DNA of 64,000 nucleotides from Pseudogymnoascus verrucosus (GCA_001662655.1 KV460244.1); one strand, 5' to 3'. Positions 49,991-63,286 are shown, numbered from the stretch's first letter. Notes: generated by a model not told the origin, from the sequence alone. Program-made: numbers and translations.

Positions 49991-51720
49991 TATCTAGGAT
50001 ATTATAGATAACAAATATCTAACATATCGTTGTTATCTATTACATAGGTCTTATAATGTAATTAGGTCTAAGGACTAGAGGTCTCTAGAGCTAGCTAATC
50101 CTATAACGTCCCCTACTCTTAAGACTATAGGGCATAGGAGCTACTTAGCTCCTACATTCCTAGGTTATGCACCTAGCTTATCCCTAGGCCTAATTGGGTC
50201 TAGCGCCCCTAATGCTCTAGCGCTCAGCTTAGTTGTTTAACCTAACAAGGTTAGACGCTGTCTAGTTTCCAACACTAGATACTATGTTCTAATATTAGAA
50301 CCCTACATAGTCTATAGTTTCCCTAAGGGCTATAACACAAGAGTCTTATAAGTAGTATATCTTTATTTTTTAGCTTATATATACATTTAATATATAATGA
50401 CTAATATAAGCCTATTAGTTTTATAGTGCTTAATAGGTACTATAGACCTAGTAATAGCCCTATTTATTATCTTGCTATTATATACAAAACCTTCTAATTT
50501 AAATCTCTACTTTATAATAGGTATACTTTCTTTATCTTACTATTATAGACTCTACCTAGTTATGTTAATACCTTTATACATATAGGGATAGGTAGGAAAT
50601 CTTCTCTATTTTAGTTTAAAGACATACTTCTACATTAGATTAGCATTATATAATTTAAGTTTATAAAGTATAAGTTACTAGTTGTCTTTTATTTTATAAT
50701 CTTAGGGCTTTCTTATTATATAGATAACATAATAGAATATTAAGTAGGTTAATTAGCTAGTTAGGAGTTATTTCTAAAACTAACTATTAATTAGTCTCTA
50801 TAAATTAAATTCTAAGTCTAGTAGGGTATTATAACGCTAGGTCTTAAACTATAAGACTTATAGAGGTTTTATTATGTTAGTTTACTTAATAGAGGAGGTA
50901 GGGGATTAGATACAAAGGCTTTTATATAACAAATACTATATTAAGTTAAGCATAGAGCTCCTATCTAAGAACTAACTATCTACTTATATAGAGGTGTTAT
51001 GCTAAAGGGAATAGTTAGAATAGCAAACTCTATTACTATTCTTACTATTCCTACTATTCTATTATGTAGGGTTCTTATAAGGAGGTGCCCTTAAATAGTC
51101 TAGTACCTACTCTATCTAGTACCTAGTAATAGTTAGGTACTTAGAAAGAGTCCTAGTGCCTACTCTGTCTAGTACCTAGTAATTCTTAGGTGCCTAGGAA
51201 TTCTCTAGTACCTATAGAAGTAGGTGCTTAAGAAAACTCTATTACCTAATGTTAACCCTGCCTTAAGGGCAGCTAAACTGCTAACATGTTCATTACTACT
51301 ATAACTAGTGTGTTAGTAAAAGTGCAGCTGTAAGTGCTAGCTGTAACAAGGTACTTATGCTAAAACTTTATAATAGATTACAAGAAGCGTACTATAAGAG
51401 TATAACACAGCTTTTTAAGCCCCTAGATAGAGTTGAAACCCTTCTTAAACACTCTATAGGTCCTAGACTAGACATCTTAGGGAAGTAGACGAATGTTACT
51501 AGATAATAGCAAGAGAGTTAAATCTAGATAGGAAAATATAAATATATTCGTAATACTCCTAGAAAATAGTGCTTAATTTTGCGATAATCGAACTCTCTTC
51601 TAGGGAGAAGAAAGCTTCGTGGACTAGACTTATCTAAGATGCACCTAGAGGACCTCGGTGCTGCAGATGATCTCAAATTGGCTGCTTAGGTAGAGACGGA
51701 TCAATCTACATACTAGACGG
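49991..51720. mobile_element. Heavily RIP-mutated repeat relic(s), family not recognisable, containing a further LTR copy
   Basis: Extremely TA-rich, no ORFs; interrupts the LTR that starts at 49794. Confidence 0.6.
50830..51348 (-). repeat. Solo LTR of the same gypsy family, more heavily RIP-mutated
   Basis: Starts TATAACGCTAGGTCTTAAACTATAAGAC (transition-mutated copy of the 43994 LTR) and ends CTGTAACA. Confidence 0.85.
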
Positions 51721-51951
51721 CAGCCGTCATTCGGACACCAAAACCATGCACCTTAACTCACTCACGGGACCATTTGGATTGTGTTTGCTGAAGTGAAAGA
51801 AGTAAGCTATGTGACATAAATCGTGGGATTTTCTCTGTAGTTCTCCGTCGTACTAATACGCCTTATTCATTCATTCATCCGTGGATTAAAGATCAAATAG
51901 ATAAGGTACATCCGCAGCCCCTATCAGTCTACGGTTGTGCACTTGGAATAC

Positions 51952-54024
51952 TCACAATAGCGTAATGATTGGTTGCTCAGAGGAACCAAGAACACCATTC
52001 CCAAGGCTCTTCTCATCCAAATCAATGAAGCCTAGCCGCCTCATTTCTGGACTTCCACCCTCGACAGCAGACACAATCAAGCAGCGATAATCGAAAGCAT
52101 TATTTCCCTCCCATTTACTGACTTTCGCAAGAACAAGGGCGAAAAGCTTTGTATCCTTCAAGCTAGCCACCAATGCCAGACTATCATTAGGTGTTGCTTT
52201 CCCAAAGTGAAAATAGTCAAGCCGCGAGTACTCTCCTCTTGCATCTCCACTCTCCGTATGCAATCTCGGGTTCCTCTCATATGGCACACCTGCGAACTCA
52301 CTCGCATCTTGCTCAACGATAAAGAGACGGACAAGGGGCGCTTGGAGTCTGATATAACCACTCGTCACTTCCCCATATGGATTCAATCCTTTTAACTGAA
52401 TATGGCAGTCCAGTATCTTCGCCATGGACTCTAATTTAACAGAGGTGTCCATAATACCCACAGATCCACCAAAAGACGCCCAAGACCACGAGGGCGCGCG
52501 ATATTTATCGTTGAGGAGTGGGGAATAGTGAAGACTTTCCCACAACAGGCCTTCAACGAGATGATTACGCCACAGGCCAGCCACATAGCTATCCTGGAGT
52601 CGCTCTCCAATAATCCGAGCAAGACCAGACAGCGCGGGGAGCTTATCGGAGGGGTTTGTCAGTTTGCGTTCTCCGTAAGCCTGGACAAGATTATTCCACT
52701 GGCCTAGTGCTGATTTAACTTTGTGGCTCTGGGAAATAGTTTCCGGATGCTCTTCTGTGGTGCCACTAAGGGCGTTGAATCGATACGGTAATTGGAGGCC
52801 GTTCTCGCCAAGAAAGCCGCGATTGCATTCAAAGTACATCTGGTGTGTTCCATAGTGAAGTATTCGACGAGATAAGACGCGTTCTTGCAATGCCCACGCT
52901 CGCTCTGTCAAGGGTTCGTTTTCCAGGCTCAGATAACCACCAAATCCCTCTTCTCGTAAGGGAAGTAGAAAAGCTAGGAGCTCTCCACTTTCCCCCTTCG
53001 GTGAGGTGTAATCGATACTGACATGCCGTCTAGGTGGCCGGACAGCAAAGCAGCCCCCAGTGCTGTCCTTCGCAAATGTGGCTGCAATGTTGAGATACGA
53101 ATTAGAGTAGACAGACGCCATTTTTGCGGATTCTCTCTGCCAGTCTTCGCCGTCATCTTGACAGATACAAAGGCTATCAATCCAGATGTATCTCACCCGG
53201 TGAGCTCGAGCTATCGTGACTGCATCTTGAAAGGTCTTCGGTAGTGCGTTGAAGTTGATATTTAATAGATGTGTAGCCATTGCCGCGCGAGTGGTCATGA
53301 ATTGCTTTGACTTGCCCCAACAATGGCTGAGCGTGATGTAGTGGCCTGACTCACCATCAGTCTCGCGAAGCTTTATGGCTTCATTGTGGTCTCCTAGTTC
53401 GAGTATACGAAATGGAAGTGGTGTCGTTCTAATGCTACACTCAGGATGTTCATCGCACTGCTTCGCCCATTTTACGGCTCTGTCTAAGCTTCTGCTACTC
53501 CCGGAGTCTCTCTCTACGGGGCGGCCAATAAATATGCACCTGAGAGGATCGTCTGACCACATTAGTGAGAGGTCCTAGTTGTGAATATAATTCGGCGTAC
53601 CGTCTCGAACGCAAACCCCGATAGCAGCCACAAGATAGATTATTTGTGAGTCTTCACTCTTTGAGAACACCCAGAATCCATCACCGCCGTCTCGTCTCCT
53701 TGTAAGGGACAACTCAAATGTCAGACGACCCGGTCGGCTGTTGTGTCGGACCATTTTCTCTTCCGTGCCGCCATGGAGTTCCGTAATTACTTTGCCCACT
53801 GCACGCAGAATCAAATTGCAGAGATCGCATTGTTCCGCAGAGTTTCGTATATTTTCTACACTGGAATGATATGGCCTTCCGACAGGGTCTATTGGTTCGT
53901 TGTTCTGTTTGCCAGAATAGAAGGCATGGATATACTTCCACGACCCGTTCCCGCTCCAGTAGGAAGAAGGGAGCGCAGGGAGACGCTCCAAAGAAATTGA
54001 TCTGCAGAGCTCGCAGAGTGGCAT
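51952..54024 (-). CDS. HET-domain protein (~674 aa), 2 exons
   Basis: MPLCELCRSI...; intron 53600-53553; HET motifs YITLSHCWG, LPKTFQDAVTIAR, YIWIDSLCICQDD, MASVYSNSYLNIAA, PLTERAWALQERVLSRRILH, SDKLPALSGLA, YRAPSWSWAS. Confidence 0.93.
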
Positions 54025-54390
54025 TTCGAATATCACACAAGCTGTAGAGTGTTGATTCTGCTAGGCCGTCGACAAGACTAATAAGGAATGGCAAACTGTC
54101 GGCTGGATTACAATGCAACGAGTTCCAGAGCCGAGGACATTTCGCGCGTCAGGTGCCAACATGACTAAGTATTACCTCTTTAAGTTACCTGTTTCAGAAA
54201 GGTTAAGGATATATCGACACCACCAACGTATGGGCTTAGGATATATTCACACCAGGTGTGAAGCTTACTAACCAACTAGGGGGTGTTAATCTTACTAATA
54301 TTGCCGAGTCGGGTAATGCGCCTTAATCAGTCCCCCATTTTCTGCTCGCTTACGACTCCCTCTAAATTCGCATTCGGAGCCGACGATTAC

Positions 54391-54624
54391 TGTCACGGGT
54401 GCAAAAGAGGCCACGTGACCGCTACGGCTAGGGTAGGCCACGGATCACCACCATCATGAGACTAGTAGTCAGACCAATTAGAGAGGATCGCCGCCGACTC
54501 ATAGCCGAGTCGGACTGGTAACTATATTATAGGCAGCTGCGCCCTACTTAAGGGGGAGAGTTTAGTCTGGGGAATACAAGCCTGATTAACGCCTATCCCT
54601 AGGTCTAGGGATGCACCCTGTCAC
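54391..54624. mobile_element. Probable short solo LTR (~235 bp), different family
   Basis: Begins TGTCACGGGTGCA, ends with the imperfect inverse TGCACCCTGTCAC; internal TACTTAAG and AATACA signals; no clean TSD seen. Confidence 0.5.
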
Positions 54625-55159
54625 GCGACGAATCTATGCTTTAGGGGTCTCAATTTTTTTTTTCAAGTCTATGAAGTTGCTATAATATATCACTATACTT
54701 TAACCGTTTCTCCTCAAGGAGATCAGTCAGCAGCAAGAAAAAGATTGTGGCTGATAATGCTGTCGATCGTTTCAATCACGCCACTGATCGCCGCTTCGAC
54801 TGTTCCCCCCTGCTTAATCGCGACTATTAGAGTCTCTTCAAATCTCGGAGCACTTGGGGAAAGGTTCCATGAAGAAAGAATATGGCTCTAAGTTTTGAAG
54901 ACACTTAGAGGAGAACATAATGCAGCCGTCCGAGGAGTACTGCCCGGACACGACAATTATGGATAGGATAGGATAGGAGTGGTAGCTGTGGCGTAGTTGG
55001 AAGAGACGGCGGTCGTTATGCTATGGGGCTAGCTTTTAAGGTTCTCGACACCCGAGGTCAAAGTCGACCTTCTATAAGCTGCATTATTTTTTTAAATATT
55101 GAGGTTGCATTTCTTTTGTTGTATTGCCAAGGTTATTAGCAAAAGTTCCAATTCCACAA

Positions 55160-58100
55160 TTACGCCACATTTAACTCCTCCCACCGTTTCAAAACCTCCC
55201 GCTTCTCCTCCTCGGTCGCTCGTTGAAATGCCGCCAGTCCCTGCTTCAACCTTTCTCTCAGGATCTCCGCCTTCAGATCTTTATCAGAGTGTTTCTCGAT
55301 TTGCTTCTCGGCGCCTTTGAGAGTGTATGCCGGGAGTCCAAAAACAGCGGCCATGGTTTTGAAGACGAGACCGCCGACACCTCTGCCAACCCCTTTGCCA
55401 AAGCCTACAACAGCGTCCTTTTTGGCATCCCGGTATGGATGTGTTACGATGCCCGTGAAACCATCGTACAAGTTGAACACAAACCCCTATGGCAGTCAGT
55501 ATCGGTCAAATATTGTGAGAATTGGATGAGGTAGTGCTACCTTTGCAGCAACTTTGACTCCGCTTCCAAAACCGGTGATGTTGTCCCTTCTCCTTACAGT
55601 ATGGTCATTGAGAACGAAATTTGGCACGTTATGAAACCCGTTCGCCAGGTTATATAAGAGCACAACGGGGGCTGTCGATCTGTCAGCACATATAATAAAG
55701 CCCCGGTGTGACCTTGGCATCTAATTACCGTGTAGGCTGATACGGAGGATAGAGTATGCAAAATGACTAGTCTCAGAGGTCGCCTCATACACCCTGCCAT
55801 GCTCCTTATAACCTTTCTTGCTCGAACGTGTGGCTTCTGATGCTACTGTTGTCATCTGCATGCATGGACTCCAAGCATGTATCTTCTTATGATTTGATCC
55901 ATTCTGTGTTTCAGGTAATGTTCCAGACGCCATCTTGTAAGACACGCGTTCAAGATACTCTGGTGGAAACGATAGCGCTGCTTGGACCGGGAACGCTGGA
56001 GGCGTTCCACTTAGGATTCCCATATCTGCTGTAACCTGTCGTTCTGGGGATGGAGAACGGGTACGTTTAAGAGCAGACCTTTTTCGTAGGATGTTGGAGA
56101 GGTCATGGAAGTAGGTGTGCGTACTGTCCCAAGTCTTCATTGCTGTGTCGGAGACGGCGGCCAAGATTCCTGGAATTGGGCCGACGGCTCCTTCATCAAT
56201 GTACCAGTTTCGATGCCGAATTCTGCCACGGTCAGTATACGAACAGAGAGTAGGAGGATAGTAAATACAATTTTAAGTCACGCAACGTCAACATCCCGTT
56301 ATCAGCCAAGGTTGCAGCGGCGAGACAACTGAGTTTCAAATTCGTCTTTCGGACACGCCATACCGCGACCAGGTCTGGACAAAGGTGACAGCGCATATTG
56401 TCATAGTCAAGAGACCCATGGAAAGATGCCGCTGCAGCTGCAGACCCATTTTCGCCAGATATCTTTTCGCTCATTTCGTGGACAGAGGATCGAATACCAG
56501 GTTGGAGTGCCTTCGTAATGCTGTCGGCAAGATTCTCCTCCGACAGATTCTTATACGGCACAGGTTCTGGGCCTGCGCCGGCTCGAAATATCATGGTTCC
56601 CCAGAACGGCTGATCTCCAAAGAATGGAACTACAATAGTGGGCTTACCCATCGCAATTCCGATGGCGCTAGTGCCGGCGCCGCCATGATGTACGACGCAG
56701 GAGACGTACTGGAAGAGCCAGTCGTGTGGACAGTTCCCTAGAAGGAAGATATCTTTAGGAGCTTCACCCTGTCCGAGTCCACCCCAGCCTTTTGATACTA
56801 GAGCACGAACACCTGCTCGTTTTACTGCTCTGAATATCAATCCCGTAAGCTCGTCCGGCTTCTCGACAACGATTGATCCGAATCCGATATATACGGGAGG
56901 TGGTCCAGCCTCTAGGAACTTAACCAGGTCTTCTGGCGGTTGGTAATTTGATTTTGTCTTCAGGAATGAAAATCCGCAGATGCCGATATAAGATCCCCAG
57001 TCCGGCGGTTTGGGTATTAGGGACGATGACCTGCACCGTCTTAGTATATGAGAGAGAACATTGCTTAAGATATATACCAGGTATAGGTGAAGGGGACTTT
57101 CATCCTCGAAAGCAGCATGTGGCCCCATAGAGGACTTATGGCGTCTAAATGCAGTGTCTTCATCCGGAATCGGTTGATAACATCACCAAGTCTATCAATT
57201 AGTTAGACTCTTAACCTTTAGAGTTGAGAGGTCCTTTACCCCTGCCACGCCAGCAGTTCCATTATAGTATACGACATATAGTTCGCAAATTTGGGATCGG
57301 CATTAGTTCCTTGGAGCGACGCAAGTGGATGAGGAAAGAACTGCGTTGGTGACCATGGCATTCTGGTCTCAATGTCAGCTTCTCTTCAAGGTAGAGGTGG
57401 TCCAAGCGTACGTGAACATCATATGCAGCGGAATTCCTAGCTTCTCTGCGCAATGGATATGCCCATAGCTAGGCGGATTTGCGATGATAGCATCAGCAAC
57501 GAAGGAACGGGCCTCTTCTTCCACTTGCGGACCGCTGTTCGTAGCAGCACCTGTCCTCTCGTCATCCATTCCATTGCCTGTTTCGATACAACTTCTCCAG
57601 CACTTTTCTAGAATAAGAGCGAACTCAGCTCGACGTTTGCCCACGTCACCTGCCTTCCAACTTTCTTTTCCCGGGAGTAGTCCGGGATTTTTTACCATAT
57701 AGGCCATGAGGGAGTTCGGATCACCTCCAATTGAGAAGAACTCCAAGTCATTTCCCTCTACAAAGTCCTTGAAAACAGGATGCGTGCAGATCCTCACTCG
57801 ATGTCCATATGGAGGCTTACTGAGAATTTGTCCAATGGGTATGAATGGCTGGACATCTCCTCGGGATCCAACGATATGGATCGCAATGTTGAGACGCGGA
57901 ACTCCAGAATAGTTCCCCAGCAAGCCCTGAAAGCTTGTCTCATAATTCCGATCGGAGCTCAAATCCTCACCTCTCTGCGGGAGAGCCCATGGCGCTCTCC
58001 TTTGAAGGTGCTTCGTCCTCCCACTGAAATTAATACTGACTCGGCCATCGCGAGTGACTTGGGCTTCAAGATTCGAACCCTCGCTGGAGATGTACATCTT

Positions 58101-58184
58101 CCGCACATCTTCTGTGATGGAATTGCGATCTTGCTCGGTTGTCAATCGACTGTGGCCGACTGGTAGTTCTCCTCTAGTGGTCAT
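55160..58184 (-). CDS. GT1-family UDP-glycosyltransferase (sterol 3-beta-glucosyltransferase-like), ~7 exons; start uncertain
   Basis: LNIAIHIVGSRGDVQPF, GHRVRICTH, DAIIANPPSYGHIHCAEKLGIPLHMMFT^MPWSPT, PPVYIGFGSIV, CPHDWLF, VVHHGGAGT, PFFGDQPFWG; exons splice in frame to the stop at 55160. Confidence 0.88.
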
Positions 58185-58749
58185 CGTCAAGCCCGGTCTA
58201 GATGGAGGTATTAAAGATGCGACAGAGTAGAGTCCATCTCAGCACGATGAGATTGCCATACTCTAAAACTAAAGTAGGGAGAGACGCAGCAGAGAGATAC
58301 CGTGCCATCACGTGCATGATGTAATAATTCTGCCGTGTTGTAAACCGGACCCCTTAGTTCCGGGCCACCATAGTCACGGGGCCATCACGTCAGTGGCCTT
58401 CTGATTATCACCAGTATGTTGTCCTTCTAATTCTCTCAAAGCTAGAACTGACTGTCGGAGGTCTCCATTATCCGCAAAGTAGTGACTACTTATACCGAGA
58501 AGCGCTTAAAAGTTGGTAGAGGCCCATAGATCAACTGTGAAATGAATCTTAGACAGCGTAGATGGAAGACCTTGTTGTATACGTTGCCTCTCTGATTCGT
58601 AGGCTGTGAGGGTCTAATTTTTGATAGTGTGGTGGTCTGTACGCAACCAGGAATTAATGCTGGGATTAAGAAAGAAGAGAAGGTCTCTATACCATTCGAA
58701 ATGGAACTAAACAACGGGAGATCCATCGTACAAATAGCTGTTCGAGTGT

Positions 58750-59765
58750 TGCTGGGTTGATAGTAGTAGTAGAAGAATCCAGACGTTAACGCTTTTTCTA
58801 GTTCTCTTCTCTATGGCTAAAGGCAGATGCAATACTTAGTTGTTAAGAGATGGCACGTTGGTCTTTCTCCTCATCTATGATGTTATGCTCTGTTTGTAGA
58901 TGTCGTGTAATAAATGCTATACCTCTAGATTCTTTATACTCTCTTAGGCAGTATTAATTTACTAGACTAGACATATGCTTCTAAACAAATGAGGTACAAG
59001 GCCGTTTCTTACATCTAATTAACTCTGTCGACTAGGTAGATTGTTAAGTTATAGAGGCAGGTATTAAGACGTGAGATTCAACAAACATATTAAGATCTAA
59101 CATTAAGGGAATAGTTAATTCTAGTCCTAGTAAGGCCATATTACGTTGTTAATAAGTAAGGAGATTAATGATAGAGATGGTAGGAGTAGATCTAACACTA
59201 AAAAATCAAAAGCAAATATCTAGAAATTAAAGTGAAAAAGCAATATTAACACTGTGATATTATGCTATATATATCATGATATTTAGCTCTAATATTATAC
59301 AGTGTTTAGCACAGATACTAGAATACCTATGGGATCTAGGTATATACCTAGGTATATACCTACCTAGACGATTTTAAAAAGTATCTAAGTATCTAGGTAT
59401 TTTTAGGTATATACCTAGGTATTCTAGTGGTTCGTGCATCCTATATAGAAAAAATACGTATTTAGAATATATGAGATTTAAAGCTTAACACGTGATTTTT
59501 AAAGACTAGAGCACGTGATATTTCACGTGTTTTTAGTATCTAGCTGAGTATCTGTAAATACCTACCTTACCTAGCTAATCTAGCTTAGATACTTACCTTA
59601 CCTAGCAAGTTGACAGATACCACCTAGGTAGTATCTGCCGAACACTAATATTATATCACATGATATTTACATACCTTATATTATACTAGCAATATATCAT
59701 AATATTGAACATTATGATATTATCATGATAATATCGTGGTATTCCGAATATTATTCCCCACACTA
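58750..59765 (-). mobile_element. hAT transposon relic (terminus plus BED-finger 5' part of transposase), RIP-mutated
   Basis: Terminus reads TAGTGTGGGGAATAATATTCGG on the minus strand with GATATTAT/ATATCAT subterminal repeats; ~59010-58870 translates KRPCTSFV*KHM...YCLREYKES(R)GIAFITRHLQTEHNI (BED-finger-like). Confidence 0.62.
59300..59647. mobile_element. hAT-type MITE (348 bp) with 8-bp TSD
   Basis: Left end CAGTGTTTAGCACAGATAC, right end GTATCTGCCGAACACTA (imperfect inverted repeats); flanked by ATATTATA at 59292-59299 and 59648-59655. Confidence 0.85.
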
Positions 59766-59769
59766 CTAG

Positions 59770-62700
59770 CACCTCCCCCCCTAAACCTCCTCCTACCAAC
59801 CTACATCCTCTTTCTGCATCTATTCCTTATATATGGCTTCTAGAGCCCCACACTGCGTACAACACCCAAACTTCTCAAATAACCTCTTCTTTCTCATCTC
59901 CTTTTGCATCCCTTAGCTAACCCTATAAACCTCTGCCGCTTCCTTACACCTACAATCCTAGATCCGGTGCTTTCGATTCCATGCAAACGGCCCTGCTAAT
60001 GACACCATAGGCAAACTCCCTACCACTCATCTAATACTTCACCTAACTCCCGTACCCCTCGCCCTTCTCCCCTCCTCCTTTTGGCTACCTAAACCCCAGC
60101 CCACCTCCGTTCTTGCTCTTGCGACTTAAATTCTAATTCCTCTAACACATTTATCCCCACTCGCTCGTGTTCAAACCCCTGATCCATGCTAACCTCACTA
60201 ATACTGTCATCTACTTGGTCTATGACAACCCCACTATCATCAACCTCCTCGCTCGATCGACTGATGACACCCTCTCGGATGGCTCGCCACCTTTCTTTGT
60301 CATTAATACGCTGACACACATCACACAGCTACTCACCCTCCTCACACCTCTCTCGATCTAACCTTCCATCCATTACCTCGTCTAATATGGCCCGCCGGCA
60401 TACGGACCCACCGACAAATTCCTAGATGTTAATCCAACCATTCACATTCTTGCGGGCAACCTCGCTGGGCTGCCCACTTCGCTTAGGCATGATGATGATG
60501 GCCTCGCTGCTCTGGCCATCACGGCCAGCTTGTCCGCTCTCTTGCCCGTAATCCTTTAACCTCCATACGACCTCGACGTGAATAACAACTCGGATGTCGG
60601 GAACGTCAATGCCTAAACCTAATGCATTCGTTGCGACAATGACCTGGTCTCTAATCTCGAAATTAGGGTCACTAACCATTTCAATCGTCGGGCTTTTCCA
60701 TCCTCTGTATCGATATCACGGTGATACATCTCACAACCTATCGCCTTAGCCAACTTCTCGCCGTCCACCTTGTTGTTGCAATAAACCACCATCTTAGCTG
60801 GTGCTGCATACTAGTCACATTTGCCCTCGATGGCTTGGATGACCGCTGCGACTACTATTGGATTATAACCCTCCTCTCCGCGTCCCCAACCTAGCGGCAC
60901 CTCTTCCTCACCAATCTCAACCGTCTGGACCTGATATCGGACATTCGGCTAGGTCGTCCGACCACGGATCGGCTTATGCTCCCGCGCTATGTGCGTCAAT
61001 TAGTAAAACTCGTCTTCGTCCCGCGGTGGCAACGTCGCTGTCAAATACACCACCTAGGTCCCTCGTAACGTCAACTCCCCCAACTGCCTCAACTTAGGCC
61101 GGAACTAGGGCGTCCCATCTAATATGGTATGGCATTCGTCGAAAACAATCCGATCCAACTAATGCATCTCTTGTTTCCGGGTTATAAAATCTGCAAACCC
61201 CTTGGTCATAGCCGACTCGGGCGTCACAAAAACAATGGATGCGGTTTCATGCGGGTTCTAGCTCTTCCACATCACGCTGCTAATCCGCGCCTTCTCACAC
61301 CTCTCTTGCATGTTGCCTTGCAACGACACCAACGGCGTCACTACAATCGTGACTCCACTAGGCGCCACTATTACGGGCAACATGAGCAACACGCTCTTCC
61401 TACAACCCGTCCCCATGATGGCGACGACGGGGCTCTGCCCGCTCATGATGGCCTTAACGGTGACCTCTGCTTCCCGCGGAACTCTTTGTCGGGCCCCAAC
61501 AATGCTGCCAACCCACGGTAAATGTTAGCCGTCCTTAACTGCTTCCACCGCTCCAATTGAAACTCGCGGTCGGCCTTCTCCCATGGCGATCTCTTCCGCT
61601 TCCTCCCAACCCGGGCCACTAATGTGTCTTGTTTCTCTCGAAACCCCAACCATTAGTGCCATTTCTCACTGATCGTCCGGAACTGCTCACGCTTGCTCAT
61701 GGTTTCAAACTTGCCTTCGGTGACTAACCGGGTATATATGTTACCTGCGACGTGGGTGCCATGCCCGGACTGTAAATCCCATGGCTTGTCTCCTTCCTCG
61801 TTGTCCTCGTCAAACCCCTCTACGTCACAATCTTCTGGCGTGCTGCCATCATTGAATATATCGCGCAAAAACTTCCGGCCAATAGCAATCACCGCGTCCC
61901 TCTACACGCTTATATTAACTTTCACCTCTATCCACTCGACGGACTCACGTTGGATAATCTTCCGCATCCTCTTAGATGTCCATGCTTTCCGGCGTCGTCT
62001 CAACCTCCCGCCATTGTCTGACGCTTAGCTCTCGTAGTCGGAACCACTCTCGGGCTGGCCCCTAGGCTCCTTGTCGTCCTTGCCATCCCCGTCTTCTATT
62101 GGGCCCGACCCCCACATAAACGGGCTTAAATCAATGGAACGGTGGTCCATTATCTCGACACACTCCCAAAATGGCTGGATCAGCCATAAATAATACACCA
62201 ACAATTCCCCTACTTCTCGCGGCAAAAATCGCTAGATTACCTTCAACTTCTCGCTAGACTCATACCCCTTGTGATACGATGTCACGAAACAAACCAACCC
62301 GTCCTCGATGAATATATTTCGAACACCTCCATTCCGGCTGTTCTGATACCGAGTTCCCATAACCTCAGGCGCTCTTGCGGGTTGGCCCCCTGTATAATGC
62401 ATCAAAATCAACAGCTCTTGTTCAAATGCCTCCATCTCGTGCTGGTTTGTTCAAATGGCCTTCTTTCGCCACTTCATGGGCTAGTCGGGATCTGTCTGGT
62501 GCTGTGTCATGTCCTTCCTCAACGCCTCTTCATCGATAACCCGCTTGGCTAACCACTTGGAACCCTCAACCCCATCAACGGTAAACCTGTTACGGATATC
62601 TTTCAAAAATGACCGCCCGGTGGCTTGCTCGGCTGGATTGTCCCACAACCGCTCCCACTCGATTGAGGGCAACGGCGTCCCTTGGATCTGATCGTACCCA

Positions 62701-63286
62701 TCCAACTGTAACTTCAACAATTGTGATTAATCGTCGACGTGCACAGATGACCAACCCGCTAATCATACCCCAGATCTGTTCCATGTCGCAATTTATATTC
62801 CCTATCGACACGTTATTCCCTTTCCATCAAATGTTCCCATCCACGGTGATGCTATATCGGATGTGCAATCGTACGGTCGGGCTTCAATCATCCAATCCAT
62901 TGGCGTGGGTTTCCCATTCTCATCCATCAGCATCATGAAGTTCCGGCACATGCTCTGGACCAACTCCACATGTCCTGGGCATTCTTCTTCGGCTCGTTCA
63001 TGACTCCAACCCTGCCCCTACTCTCTCTGCAATGGTGTCTTGCCGGGTCTGGTATGCCATGATAATTTAATGACGGCTGACAACTTAGGGGTATAATCCT
63101 CGGGGTTATCCCAGCCTTTGTCTTCTCGTACGCCCAAAACTGCTAAACCACTAATGATTGCACTTTGGTATTCGTTGTCGACCAAATTATGATCTAATAA
63201 TGCAATGCAAAACCGAAATAATGCCCGCTGCACATTTGCCTGTGCCTCCTCGCACACCTCATCATCGTCACTCTTCCCTTCCTCTT
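59770..63286 (-). pseudogene. Decayed DUF3505-associated RecQ-like helicase gene (fungal telomere-linked-helicase-like), central and C-terminal parts
   Basis: Fragmented frames: FCIALLDH, GGQPARAPEV...RNIFIEDGLVCFVTSYHKGY, DLQSGHGTHVAGNIY, Walker A relic MGTGCRKS, VFDECH, QVIVATNALGLGIDVPDIRVVIH, YGQESGQAGRDG, C-terminal Cys cluster; stops and frameshifts. Confidence 0.82.

Noticed and set aside
50824..51354. Possible TSD around the solo LTR (GGGTAT versus AGGTAC)
   Set aside because: Needs two transitions and an atypical 6-bp length; cannot be supported
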